A stretch of DNA of 13,989 nucleotides from Fidelibacterota bacterium (GTDB lineage Bacteria > Fidelibacterota > Marinisomatia > Marinisomatales > S15-B10). The position numbers and the translations under genes are program-made. Location: assembly GCA_002729175.1 (NCBI GenBank), contig PBTS01000037.1:28710-42698 (forward strand), read 5' to 3'. The notes beneath the pieces were generated by a model that ran no database searches, was not told the DNA's origin, and was given only the letters and a program-made list of their open reading frames with translations. Positions 1 through 8,640 of the stretch are shown in pieces (position 1 is the first letter of the stretch; every line of letters begins with the position of its first letter).

Positions 1-638
1 AACCAACCGTTTTCACAAAAGACATCGCAGAATTGAGCAATCCCCTGTTTCGTCACAGCGGGGATCATCTCATCACAAATGAGATCAACATAACCTCTCC
101 TATTATCGGCAAATTCATGGGGGAAATCGTGAGCACCCAAAAAGGTAGGTACCACATTAATGGCGACAGAATCAGCCGCTTTTGACAAAATCATCAGAGA
201 CTTTAGCTCAGATTCGGTAGACAAGCCGTAGCCGCTTTTTGCCTCAACAGTGGTTGTCCCTAGAGAGAGAAAATCCTCAAGATGATTCTTTGTCAATTCC
301 AGTAACTGTTTTTCCGGCATCTCCCGCACTGCTTTGACGCTGGCCCGGATTCCACCCCCCTGATCTGCAATTTCCTGATAACTCTTTCCAGAAATACGCA
401 TACCAAATTCATCGGCACGTGCTTTGGCAAAAACAGGGTGTGTATGAGCATCTACAAAACCGGGCGTTACAAGCCGGCCAGAAGCATCCACTTTTTCATC
501 GGCATCAGGCAGACCTTCATCAATCTCTGATATACGCCCTTCTTCGATAATCATATCCATACCGGTCATTCGGATTATTCTGTTTTTGTCTGAATTGAAT
601 GTGGTCAGTTCGCCTATGTCCGTAATCTTGAGTGCCAT
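1..638 (-). CDS. hutI: Imidazolonepropionase (partial; 3' end runs off the window start)
   Basis: Not in the ORF track. Hand translation from ATG at 638 gives MALKITDIGELTTFNS...GRLVTPGFVDAHTHPVFAKARADEFGMRISGKSYQEIADQGGGIRASV...GTTTVEAKSGYGLS...VPTFLGAHDFP...FCDVFCENGW. It has the amidohydrolase DxHTH metal motif and the HutI signatures EAKSGYGL, TFLGAH and DVFCE, and lies next to hutU. Confidence 0.96.
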   Translation of the reverse strand, partial: MALKITDIGELTTFNSDKNRIIRMTGMDMIIEEGRISEIDEGLPDADEKVDASGRLVTPGFVDAHTHPVFAKARADEFGMRISGKSYQEIADQGGGIRASVKAVREMPEKQLLELTKNHLEDFLSLGTTTVEAKSGYGLSTESELKSLMILSKAADSVAINVVPTFLGAHDFPHEFADNRRGYVDLICDEMIPAVTKQGIAQFCDVFCENGW

Positions 639-654
639 TTAGTAAATAGCGGTG

Positions 655-2313
655 CTACGATTTAAGCATAGGAATTTTAATAACGGAATTACGTGCATTT
701 TTCTTAGCCCGTTCATACCCCGCATCGGCGTGGCGTACAATACCGATGCCTGGATCGTTATTCAAAACACGTTCCAGTCTTCCCGCCATTTCAGGCGTAC
801 CGTCAGCAACAATCACCTGACCGGCATGGATTGATAGCCCCATCCCGACCCCTCCGCCATGATGCACCGAAACCCAGCTGGCACCGCTGGCGGTGTTCAA
901 AAGTGCGTTCAAGACGGGCCAGTCGGCAATGGCGTCACTACCGTCTTTCATTCCTTCAGTTTCCCGATAAGGTGACGCCACCGAACCGGTATCCAGATGA
1001 TCCCGACCGATAACAATAGGCGCCGAGATCTCACCGGAAGCGACCATTTCATTCATGGCCAGGCCCAGCTTTGCTCTGTCCCCATAGCCGAGCCAGCAGA
1101 TCCTTGCTGGGAGTCCCTGAAATTGAACTTTTTCGTGGGCCATCTCGATCCAGCGGCAGAGTGCCTTGTCTTTCGGAAACAACTCAAGAACTTTCTCATC
1201 GGTCTTGGCGATATCGTCAGGATTCCCTGAGAGCGCTACCCAGCGAAACGGCCCCTTGCCGTCACAAAACAGCGGGCGAACATATGACGGCACAAATCCG
1301 GGATAGTCAAACGCTTCTTTAAGTCCGCCTTTCTTTGCCTGTCCCCTAAGATTGTTCCCATAATCGAAAACAACAGCACCCCGTGCCTGCATCTCCACCA
1401 TGGACCGGCAGTGATTTGCCATCGCTTGATAAGAAAGATGAATGTATTTGTCCGGATCGTTCTCCCGTACCGATTCCACAGCATCCCACGGAATTTCGTT
1501 AGGGATATAACCGTAAAGTTCGTCATGAGCCGACGTTTGATCTGTCACCATATCTGGAATTATTTCCCGATCCAAAAATTCCGGGAATAAGTCGGCGGCA
1601 TTGCCAAGAAGACCAATTGACTTAGCCTCTTTTTTCTTTTGAGCTCCCCTTGCCAGCCGAAGAGCTTCGTCAAAATTTTCCGCCATTACATCGATATAGC
1701 CCGTATCTACTCGCCTCTGAATCCTTTTCTTATCTACTTCAATAGCGATCATCACCGCTCCGTTCATGGTGGCCGCCAGCGGTTGAGCACCCCCCATACC
1801 GCCCAAACCGGCCGTCAAGATGAGCTTCCCACTCAAATCACCACCGAAGTGTTTATCAGCAGCGGCAGCGAAAGTCTCGTATGTCCCTTGCAGAATCCCT
1901 TGAGTGCCAATATATATCCAGCTTCCCGCTGTCATCTGCCCATACATAATTAGCCCGAGCTTGTCCAGTTCACGAAAAGTTTCCCAGTTAGCCCAGTTAG
2001 GAACAAGCATGGAATTCGATATAAGCACCCGTGGTGCATAAGAATGTGTTTTGAAAACGGCTACTGGCTTACCTGACTGGACAAGCAAAGTTTCGTCACT
2101 TTCCAGCTCTTTCAAAGTGGCAAGAATAGCATCGAAACATTCCCAGTTCCTTGCCGCTTTTCCGGCCCCACCATACACAACCAATTCTTCAGGAATCTCA
2201 GCAACGTCCGGATCGAGATTATTCTGGATCATCCTGAAGGCAGCTTCTTGCTGCCACCCTTTACAGGTAAGCTCAGTACCTGTTGGCGCGCGTATTTCCC
2301 TCGGTTTAGTCAC
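655..2313 (-). CDS. hutU: Urocanate hydratase (urocanase), 552 aa, GTG start
   Basis: Motifs [42 protein letters not shown] (NAD binding), [35 protein letters not shown] and HHGGGVG. Confidence 0.98.
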   Translation of the reverse strand: MTKPREIRAPTGTELTCKGWQQEAAFRMIQNNLDPDVAEIPEELVVYGGAGKAARNWECFDAILATLKELESDETLLVQSGKPVAVFKTHSYAPRVLISNSMLVPNWANWETFRELDKLGLIMYGQMTAGSWIYIGTQGILQGTYETFAAAADKHFGGDLSGKLILTAGLGGMGGAQPLAATMNGAVMIAIEVDKKRIQRRVDTGYIDVMAENFDEALRLARGAQKKKEAKSIGLLGNAADLFPEFLDREIIPDMVTDQTSAHDELYGYIPNEIPWDAVESVRENDPDKYIHLSYQAMANHCRSMVEMQARGAVVFDYGNNLRGQAKKGGLKEAFDYPGFVPSYVRPLFCDGKGPFRWVALSGNPDDIAKTDEKVLELFPKDKALCRWIEMAHEKVQFQGLPARICWLGYGDRAKLGLAMNEMVASGEISAPIVIGRDHLDTGSVASPYRETEGMKDGSDAIADWPVLNALLNTASGASWVSVHHGGGVGMGLSIHAGQVIVADGTPEMAGRLERVLNNDPGIGIVRHADAGYERAKKNARNSVIKIPMLKS

Positions 2314-2343
2314 GTAGAAAAATGAATTTAGAGCCTGTCTTTT

Positions 2344-3516
2344 TTACTTGGCAAGTTCCTCAGCAATAGGCAAAAAAAAATCAATGGCAGATTTATGGGC
2401 ATCATAAGAAAAAACAGCAATGCCGCTTATACCCGTCACCCGGCTGTATTTGATCTTGTCCCGTGTATCCAGTGCCTTCTGATTATATGCCGCAACTCCC
2501 ATAATAATTCCCGGCCAGTATTTTCGCGGCACTGCTTCATAAATGTTGTCAATCTCTTTAGCAAATTTTCTCAGTTCTGTAGCATAATTCATGGGTACCA
2601 CATAATCCACAAGTCCTTCAGCCAACCACTTGTCCCACTCCTGAAAATATCTGTTCTTGGCAACGGAGGGGTTTGGCTTTACAGCTACAGTGATCAGGCA
2701 CTCGGGGTTTTTTCTGAGAATAAGACCACTGAAGTTTTTTACAAGTTTTGTCAAGGCTTTCCTTCTGAATGTCGCCCATTTATTAAACAAAAGCTGTTTT
2801 TCATCTTTACTATTGTTAACATATCCGTTACCGTTGTCGGTCAATAACTTTAGAGGATCAACACCGTGTTGGCGCTCGAAGTTTATCCTCGCGGCCATGT
2901 TGTAACCGAAATCAGAATCGCCATAACGAATGTAATCAAGATGAATTCCATCCAAATCGTAGTTTGAAATCAGCTCATCCGCTACCTTCTCAAGATAATT
3001 GAAGACCCCTGGATGCGACGGGGACAGATATTTCTGGACAGCCACTTCATTACTTTTTGTCAGATCACCAGTGGAAGTTGTTTCACCAATAGAACTCCTG
3101 TCCATCCACTCCGGAAATTTATTTACGATATGATCGGGGCTTTCTGGGAAACGGGGAGAGGACCATGCTAAAAGAACGTTAATCCAGGCATGAACTTCAA
3201 GACCAAGAATGTGACCTTTCTCAACCGCATATTTCAGAGGATCAAACTGCGGATCAGAAACGAGTTGAGATTTAATGACGAATTGACTGTTGTAGAAGGC
3301 TTCCCCCCGCCCACGAACTTGAAGGAATACATGATTGAAATGATGAACTTTAGCGAAGAGGAGCGCCCGATCAATCTCCTCAGGAGAAACCATGGAATGC
3401 CTCACGACCCATATGGCGCGGAAATCAAGATTGGAAGCGGAAGGTTGTCCGTCCCCAGAACTTACGCAGAAAAGAAAAAAGGCAACCGAAACAGCTGCCT
3501 TTTTAATCCTGAGCAT
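2344..3516 (-). CDS. Secreted glycoside hydrolase-like family 10 protein (GHL10/DUF187, YddW/YngK-like TIM barrel)
   Basis: The N-terminus is basic then hydrophobic, like a signal peptide (MLRIKKAAVSVAFFLFCVSSGDG). Family motifs: FRAIWV, VFLQVRGRGEAFYNS, FDPL..AVEKGH..GLEVHAWIN, LSPSHPGV, YDLDGIHLDYIRY, QEWDKWLAEGLVDYVVPMNY, GIAVFSY. The substrate cannot be determined. Confidence 0.85.
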   Translation of the reverse strand: MLRIKKAAVSVAFFLFCVSSGDGQPSASNLDFRAIWVVRHSMVSPEEIDRALLFAKVHHFNHVFLQVRGRGEAFYNSQFVIKSQLVSDPQFDPLKYAVEKGHILGLEVHAWINVLLAWSSPRFPESPDHIVNKFPEWMDRSSIGETTSTGDLTKSNEVAVQKYLSPSHPGVFNYLEKVADELISNYDLDGIHLDYIRYGDSDFGYNMAARINFERQHGVDPLKLLTDNGNGYVNNSKDEKQLLFNKWATFRRKALTKLVKNFSGLILRKNPECLITVAVKPNPSVAKNRYFQEWDKWLAEGLVDYVVPMNYATELRKFAKEIDNIYEAVPRKYWPGIIMGVAAYNQKALDTRDKIKYSRVTGISGIAVFSYDAHKSAIDFFLPIAEELAK

Positions 3517-3532
3517 CAGTCTGTCGCCGTTC

Positions 3533-3976
3533 CTAATCTTCAGCGGGTACCGCTTTAACCTTCGCCTTCTTCTTTGAGGACTTTTTGCTCTTTTCTTCTG
3601 TGCTTTCTGATTCTATACCTGCGAAATCGACGAACTCCAGCATGGAAACGGAGGCACAGTCGTTATCACGAAAACCAAGTTTAGTCACTCTGGTATAACC
3701 GCCCGGCCGATCGGCATAATGAGGTGCTACTTCATCAAAAAGAAGCTTCACAATATCAGGTTTCTTGATATGCTTGAGGACTGTTCTCCTATCATGGAGC
3801 GTACCCCGTCGGGCTTTCGTGATGAGAGGCTCGATGAATTGCTGAGTTGCCTTCGCTTTGGAGTGAGTTGTCTTGATCCGTTTGTGCTCGATAAGGGAAG
3901 AAGCAAGGTTGGACAGTGTCGCTTTTCGATGACTGGCGTTCCGGCCGAGTTTTTTGACTCTTTTCTGATGTCTCAT
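3533..3976 (-). CDS. rplQ: 50S ribosomal protein L17 (bL17) with charged C-terminal tail
   Basis: MRHQKRVKKLGRNASHRKA, IKTTHSKAK, RPGGYTRVTKLGFR; located after rpoA. Confidence 0.98.
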   Translation of the reverse strand: MRHQKRVKKLGRNASHRKATLSNLASSLIEHKRIKTTHSKAKATQQFIEPLITKARRGTLHDRRTVLKHIKKPDIVKLLFDEVAPHYADRPGGYTRVTKLGFRDNDCASVSMLEFVDFAGIESESTEEKSKKSSKKKAKVKAVPAED

Positions 3977-3984
3977 GATTTCTC

Positions 3985-4962
3985 TTATGCGTCAGTTTCC
4001 AGCATGTATTTTCCCACATCCATGCCAAAAGAGAGCTCCATTTCGTCCAGTTTCTCGATCAATTCAGAGAGTGACTTACGGCCAAAATTCTTATACTTAA
4101 GCATTGCGTTCTCTTCTTTTGAAACAAGATCAATGATTGTATCAATACCTGCTGCTTTCAGGCAGTTGTGACTGCGGACAGACAGTTCCATCTCATCGAT
4201 TGATCTCTGTAGAACCTCCCGAATATGAAGTGCCTCTTCATCAATTTCTTCAGCAACTTCAAGAATGGGCTCCTCGTCAGAAATCTTGAACATATTGAAG
4301 TACTCAGTCAAAGCGCGGGCAGCGAAACTGACGGAGTTCTCAGATGTAATTGTACCATCGGTGTGGACGTCCAATATGAGCCGCTCAAGACTGTCTTTGG
4401 CTGATGAAACAGGTTCCACGTCATAGGTCACCTTAGAAACAGGATTAAAAATGGAGTCTATGTAAACAGTTCCAATGGGAGAATCGATTCTCTGGTGACT
4501 GTCAGCATCGACATAACCTTTTCCCACTGAAAGTTGAAGTTCGATGGTGAAGTTTGCTTTATCATTCATGGTAGCAATGGAAAGATCGGGATTCATCACT
4601 TTGTATTGCTGTGATGCACCATCGATATCCTTTGCCGTAAACTGACCCTTTCCGCTGAAACTCAGCTGGATCTTGTCCGGTTTGGGATCGGTCAGCTTGA
4701 AACGTACCTGCTTCAAATTCTGAATGATGTCAGACACATCTTCAGTAACACCTTCGAGTGTGGCATATTCATGCAAAACGCCATCAATTTTTACCGCATT
4801 GATAGCTGAACCGGGTATGCTGGTCATGAGGACCCGGCGCATAGCATTACCCACCGTTATTCCGGTACCTCTTTCAAGAGGTTCTAGAGTGAAACGACCA
4901 AACTCATCAGTGCGCGACTTCTTGTCAACTTTGAACTTTAGTTCACTATTGTTGGATGTCAT
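3985..4962 (-). CDS. rpoA: DNA-directed RNA polymerase subunit alpha
   Basis: LEPLERG.G.TVGNAMRRVL, GVLHEY, GVTEDV; alpha-CTD LSVRSHNCLKAAGI and KNFGRKSL; located between rpsD and rplQ. Confidence 0.98.
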   Translation of the reverse strand: MTSNNSELKFKVDKKSRTDEFGRFTLEPLERGTGITVGNAMRRVLMTSIPGSAINAVKIDGVLHEYATLEGVTEDVSDIIQNLKQVRFKLTDPKPDKIQLSFSGKGQFTAKDIDGASQQYKVMNPDLSIATMNDKANFTIELQLSVGKGYVDADSHQRIDSPIGTVYIDSIFNPVSKVTYDVEPVSSAKDSLERLILDVHTDGTITSENSVSFAARALTEYFNMFKISDEEPILEVAEEIDEEALHIREVLQRSIDEMELSVRSHNCLKAAGIDTIIDLVSKEENAMLKYKNFGRKSLSELIEKLDEMELSFGMDVGKYMLETDA

Positions 4963-4983
4963 ATTGAGTGTCCCTTTCTAATA

Positions 4984-5601
4984 CTACTTGGAATAGAGTT
5001 CTACGACCATCTGTACTTTGAGGGTCGCATCAAAATCTTCTTTTTCTGGCAGTTTCGTCACCATCCCAGACAGAGAAGCTTTATCAAGAGACAGCCAACC
5101 TGAATCAAGATCACCTCTCACCCGTTTAACGGAGTCGTGAACAACCGCCAGTTTCCTGCTCTTGCTTCGGACGCTGATCTGATCATTCTCTTTCACTAAA
5201 TAAGAAGGAATGTTTACAGATTTACCATTCACAAGAAAGTGCTTATGATTTACCAGCTGCCTGGCTGCCGCCCGTGTTGGCGAAAAACCCAGTCTGTAAA
5301 CGACATTGTCGAGTCGGCGTTCAAGAAGTTGGAGCAAGTTCAGTCCTGTCTCACCACTCATCTTGTCAGCCTTTTGAAAAAACTTTCTGAACTGCCGCTC
5401 AAGTAAGCCGTACATATGTTTGATTTTCTGCTTCTCCTTTAGCTGAAGACCATAATTGGAAGGCCGGCGTCGGCGGCTTTGTCCATGCTGGCCTGGAGCA
5501 TAATTCTTACGCTCAAGGATTTTGGTAATCTTGGCATTGCCGAATATGTTTTCGCCAAACTTCCGGGCAATCTTTGCTTTTGGTCCAATATAACGTGCCA
5601 T
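4984..5601 (-). CDS. rpsD: 30S ribosomal protein S4 (uS4), 205 aa; start corrected from 5649 to 5601
   Basis: MARYIGPK, PGQHG, QLKEKQK, LERRLDNVVYRLGF, ARQLVNH, VVELYSK. ATG at 5601 follows AGGAG at 5612-5616. The ORF-track start would overlap rpsK. Confidence 0.97.
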   Translation of the reverse strand: MARYIGPKAKIARKFGENIFGNAKITKILERKNYAPGQHGQSRRRRPSNYGLQLKEKQKIKHMYGLLERQFRKFFQKADKMSGETGLNLLQLLERRLDNVVYRLGFSPTRAAARQLVNHKHFLVNGKSVNIPSYLVKENDQISVRSKSRKLAVVHDSVKRVRGDLDSGWLSLDKASLSGMVTKLPEKEDFDATLKVQMVVELYSK

Positions 5602-5611
5602 TACTTCGCTT

Positions 5612-5616
5612 CTCCT
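5612..5616 (-). promoter_or_regulatory. Shine-Dalgarno (AGGAG) for rpsD, overlapping the rpsK stop codon
   Basis: Minus strand reads TAGGAGAAGCGAAGTA-ATG, a 10-nt spacer. Confidence 0.6.
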
Positions 5617-5998
5617 ATACCCTGCGCCTCTTGGGCGGGCGACATCCATTATGAGGGATGGGAGTCACATCCTTAATTGCGGTTATCTCCAGACCAACAA
5701 CAGCAAGTGATCTGATGGCCGACTCACGGCCGGATCCCGGACCTTTAACCTCAACTCTCACTCGTTTCAATCCAATATCGAGCGCTATATTGGCAGCCTT
5801 CTCGGCGGCCTGACCGGCAGCAAAGGATGTGCTTTTTCGGGACCCTTTGAACCCCATAGCACCGGCACTGGCCCAGGCAACCACATTGCCATGCAAATCA
5901 GTGAGTGTAATGATTGTATTATTGAATGTCGCCTTGATATGAGCAACACCCTCATCTGAAGTGAGAACTTTCTTCTTCTTACGTTTCGGCTTTGCCAT
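5615..5998 (-). CDS. rpsK: 30S ribosomal protein S11 (uS11)
   Basis: [51 protein letters not shown]. Confidence 0.99.
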   Translation of the reverse strand: MAKPKRKKKKVLTSDEGVAHIKATFNNTIITLTDLHGNVVAWASAGAMGFKGSRKSTSFAAGQAAEKAANIALDIGLKRVRVEVKGPGSGRESAIRSLAVVGLEITAIKDVTPIPHNGCRPPKRRRV

Positions 5999-6010
5999 AA
6001 ATTTCCTCTA

Positions 6011-6397
6011 TTATCCTTTCTTGCCGACTGCTGTTTTCTTACCGAGACCAACAGTCCGCTTCTTCCCTTTTCGGGTACGTGCATTTGTTTTTGTTCTCTG
6101 ACCATTTACAGGAAGACCGCGGCGGTGACGGTAACCCTTATATGAGCCAATATCTATGAGACGCTTAATATTCATGGTGTTCTCGGTCCTCATTTCACCT
6201 TCCACCTTCATGTCCCCCACCGCTCCACGAATGGCTGACACCTGATCCTCCGTCAAATCTTTTACACGGATATTGCCATCAACGCCGGATTCAGCTAGCA
6301 CTTTCTGCGCGGAAGTCCGCCCAATGCCGTAAATATAGCAGAGTGAAAATTCTACTTTCTTGTCCCTAGGTAAATCAACACCAGCTATACGGGCCAT
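6011..6397 (-). CDS. rpsM: 30S ribosomal protein S13 (uS13)
   Basis: [37 protein letters not shown]. Confidence 0.99.
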   Translation of the reverse strand: MARIAGVDLPRDKKVEFSLCYIYGIGRTSAQKVLAESGVDGNIRVKDLTEDQVSAIRGAVGDMKVEGEMRTENTMNIKRLIDIGSYKGYRHRRGLPVNGQRTKTNARTRKGKKRTVGLGKKTAVGKKG

Positions 6398-6399
6398 AA

Positions 6400-6513
6400 T
6401 TAACCTTGCCTTTGCTTATGTTTCGGGTTTGCGCAAATCACTCTAACAACACCCTTCCGACGAATGATTTTGCACTTGTCACATATTTTTCTGACCGATG
6501 CTCTTACTTTCAT
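6400..6513 (-). CDS. rpmJ: 50S ribosomal protein L36 (bL36), zinc-ribbon form, 37 aa
   Basis: Too short for the ORF track. Hand translation: [37 protein letters not shown]. Canonical position before rpsM. Confidence 0.98.
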   Translation of the reverse strand: MKVRASVRKICDKCKIIRRKGVVRVICANPKHKQRQG

Positions 6514-6521
6514 ATCACACT

Positions 6522-7301
6522 TTAGGCAACTGCGTAGTCAGCTGCTATCTCAGAAACTCCATTACTCAAAATCTGGGCACCAAATTTCCCCACCAAAACT
6601 GTATGTTCAAAATGTGCTGATGGCTTACCGTCTCTGGTGCAGATTGTCCAGCTGTCATCTTTCGTAAAGATTTCCTTATCACCGAGGTTCACCATCGGTT
6701 CTATGGCAATGCACATCCCTTCCTTCAGTTCCACGCCTTGACCGGGAGACCCATAGTTAGGGATCTGCGGATCTTCATGGAGCTCCCTGCCAATGCCGTG
6801 ACCGACCAATTCTCTCACAACTGAAAAGCCATGTTCCTCCACGTGAGACTGAATTGCGTGACCTATATCTGATACGTGATTCCCAAGGATTGCTTTTTCC
6901 ACACCGATGTAGAGAGCTTCTTCTGTTATCCTCATCAAATCTCGCACATCTGAAGCCACATCACCCACAGCGTATGTCCGGGCGCTATCTCCATAATAAT
7001 CATCCTTCAAAACGCCACAATCGATACTGACAATATCACTATTCTGCAATTTTCGAGCATCGGGAATACCGTGAACCACTTCATCATTGATTGAAATGCA
7101 AAGAGTGGACGGGTAACCCATATATCCCTTGAAGGCAGGCTCCCCACCTTGACCCCGGATAAAGGTTTCAGCAAACTGATCTAGTTCCTTTCCAGTTGCG
7201 CCTAAAACAATCTTTTCCGAAAGGGCAGAAAGTGTTTCATGAACGATCCGACTGCTCTCTCTGATTTTTCCGATTTCTCTTTCACTTCGAATGTTTACCA
7301 T
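6522..7301 (-). CDS. map: Type I methionine aminopeptidase, 259 aa; start corrected from 7352 to 7301
   Basis: [59 protein letters not shown]. The ATG ([10 protein letters not shown]) lies 1 nt after the secY stop. Confidence 0.97.
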   Translation of the reverse strand: MVNIRSEREIGKIRESSRIVHETLSALSEKIVLGATGKELDQFAETFIRGQGGEPAFKGYMGYPSTLCISINDEVVHGIPDARKLQNSDIVSIDCGVLKDDYYGDSARTYAVGDVASDVRDLMRITEEALYIGVEKAILGNHVSDIGHAIQSHVEEHGFSVVRELVGHGIGRELHEDPQIPNYGSPGQGVELKEGMCIAIEPMVNLGDKEIFTKDDSWTICTRDGKPSAHFEHTVLVGKFGAQILSNGVSEIAADYAVA

Positions 7302-7302
7302 C

Positions 7303-8640
7303 TTAAGCACGCCTCCGGCCGCGAATACGCCCTTTTTTAAGGAAACCGTCATAGTGCCGCATCAAAAGGTGAGATTCAACTTGCTGCAGAGTATCCAGAG
7401 CAACACCAACGATAATGAGCAGACCGGTGCCACCGAAAAACGACGCGAGATCATAGCCCACATCCATAGTATTCATCAGAATGAAGGGGAAAATAGCAAC
7501 AAAAGCGAGAAATACAGATCCTGGTAACGTCACCTTACTCAGGATGTTATCGATGAATTCTGATGTTTTCTTTCCAGGTCTGACGCCGGGGATGAATCCG
7601 CCGTGCTTCTTCATGTTTTCAGCCACTTCCTGCGGATTGAAAGCAATAGCGGTATAAAAGTAGGTAAAGAAAATGATGGTCAGTCCGAACACCATCCAGT
7701 AGAACCAGTGCTGGGGAGAAAAAACTCGCATAATGCCCTGCATGAATTCACTACCCTGAAAAAACATTGCAATAGTATTGGGAAGAAACATGATAGATTG
7801 AGCAAAAATGATTGGCATAACACCTGCAGTGTTTACCCGCAAAGGAATGTGTGTAGACTGCCCACCATAAACTTTGCGGCCTACAATACGTTTCGCGTAT
7901 TGAACAGGAATTTTCCGTGTCCCTTGAGTTAAGAGAACAACAAATGCCACAATAATAAACATGATACCCAGCAAAACAACTTCTGTCAGGGGCCCTCTCA
8001 CTTCTTCTTGAATAAGAGATACTTCGCTGACAATAACGTTAGGCAGCCTTGAAACAATGCCTATCATAATAATCAGTGAAATACCGTTACCAATGCCTCG
8101 CTCCGTAATCTGTTCTCCAAGCCACATGATAAAAATGACACCCGTCACAAGTGTAATCATTGTCAAAAGCCTGAAGCTGAGCCCCGGTTCGGGCACGACC
8201 GTCATCTGAAAACCACCCGCCGTAGACGTCAAATTCTCAAGGAAAAGTGCAATGCTGTACGCCTGTAAAGATGCTATGAGAACCGTACCGTAACGGGTAA
8301 TCTGGGTTATTTTCTTTCTCCCTTCATCCCCCTCCTTTTGTAAACGCTGAAAGTAGGGCACTACGACACCCATGAGCTGAAGAATAATAGATGCTGATAT
8401 GTAAGGCATTATACCCAGAGCAAAAATGGTCGCCTTCTGAAAAGCACCCCCAGCGAAAAGATCGTACAGTCCAAAAAGGGTGTTCTGGAAATTTTGAACG
8501 GCAGCACCGAGCGCTTCCGTGTTAATACCTGGCACAGGAATATGTGCACCAATCCGAACTACAACCAGCAACGAAAGAGTGAAAAAAATGCGCTGTCTTA
8601 GCTCGGGGATGGCAAAGATATTTCTGAATTTATCGATCAT
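7303..8640 (-). CDS. secY: Preprotein translocase subunit SecY
   Basis: IPVPGIN, IFALGIMPYISASII, WLGEQITERGIGNGISLII, AGVMPIIFA, FIPGVRPG, GGTGLLIIVGV; multiple hydrophobic segments. Confidence 0.99.
   Translation of the reverse strand: MIDKFRNIFAIPELRQRIFFTLSLLVVVRIGAHIPVPGINTEALGAAVQNFQNTLFGLYDLFAGGAFQKATIFALGIMPYISASIILQLMGVVVPYFQRLQKEGDEGRKKITQITRYGTVLIASLQAYSIALFLENLTSTAGGFQMTVVPEPGLSFRLLTMITLVTGVIFIMWLGEQITERGIGNGISLIIMIGIVSRLPNVIVSEVSLIQEEVRGPLTEVVLLGIMFIIVAFVVLLTQGTRKIPVQYAKRIVGRKVYGGQSTHIPLRVNTAGVMPIIFAQSIMFLPNTIAMFFQGSEFMQGIMRVFSPQHWFYWMVFGLTIIFFTYFYTAIAFNPQEVAENMKKHGGFIPGVRPGKKTSEFIDNILSKVTLPGSVFLAFVAIFPFILMNTMDVGYDLASFFGGTGLLIIVGVALDTLQQVESHLLMRHYDGFLKKGRIRGRRRA

Noticed and set aside
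2311..2346. The GHL10 gene and hutU are in the same frame, separated only by one TAA and 10 sense codons ([10 protein letters not shown]), suggesting a read-through fusion
   Set aside because: This easily arises by chance over 30 nt. TAA is a poor read-through codon, both proteins look complete, and fusing an exported protein to a cytoplasmic NAD-dependent enzyme makes little sense.
2372..2380. A9 homopolymer (T-run on the coding strand) as a phase-variation site
   Set aside because: It lies about 10 codons from the stop and encodes Phe-Phe-Leu, so slippage would alter only the extreme C-terminus.
2482..2754. Minus-strand TATAAT (2482-2487) and TTGACA (2547-2552, 2749-2754) as an internal hut promoter
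   Set aside because: The hexamers are not paired at about 17-nt spacing, so they are isolated matches within coding sequence.
5602..5649. ORF-track N-terminal extensions of uS4 (also Map 7302-7352 and uL6 10693-10707)
   Set aside because: They overlap upstream genes, and the conserved N-termini begin at downstream ATGs. These are longest-ORF artefacts, unlike the SD-supported, non-overlapping uL5 extension.
6522..6563. Map C-terminal run-on ([13 protein letters not shown]) as an infA remnant
   Set aside because: There is no resemblance to IF-1 in the frames I read, and short variable Map tails are common.
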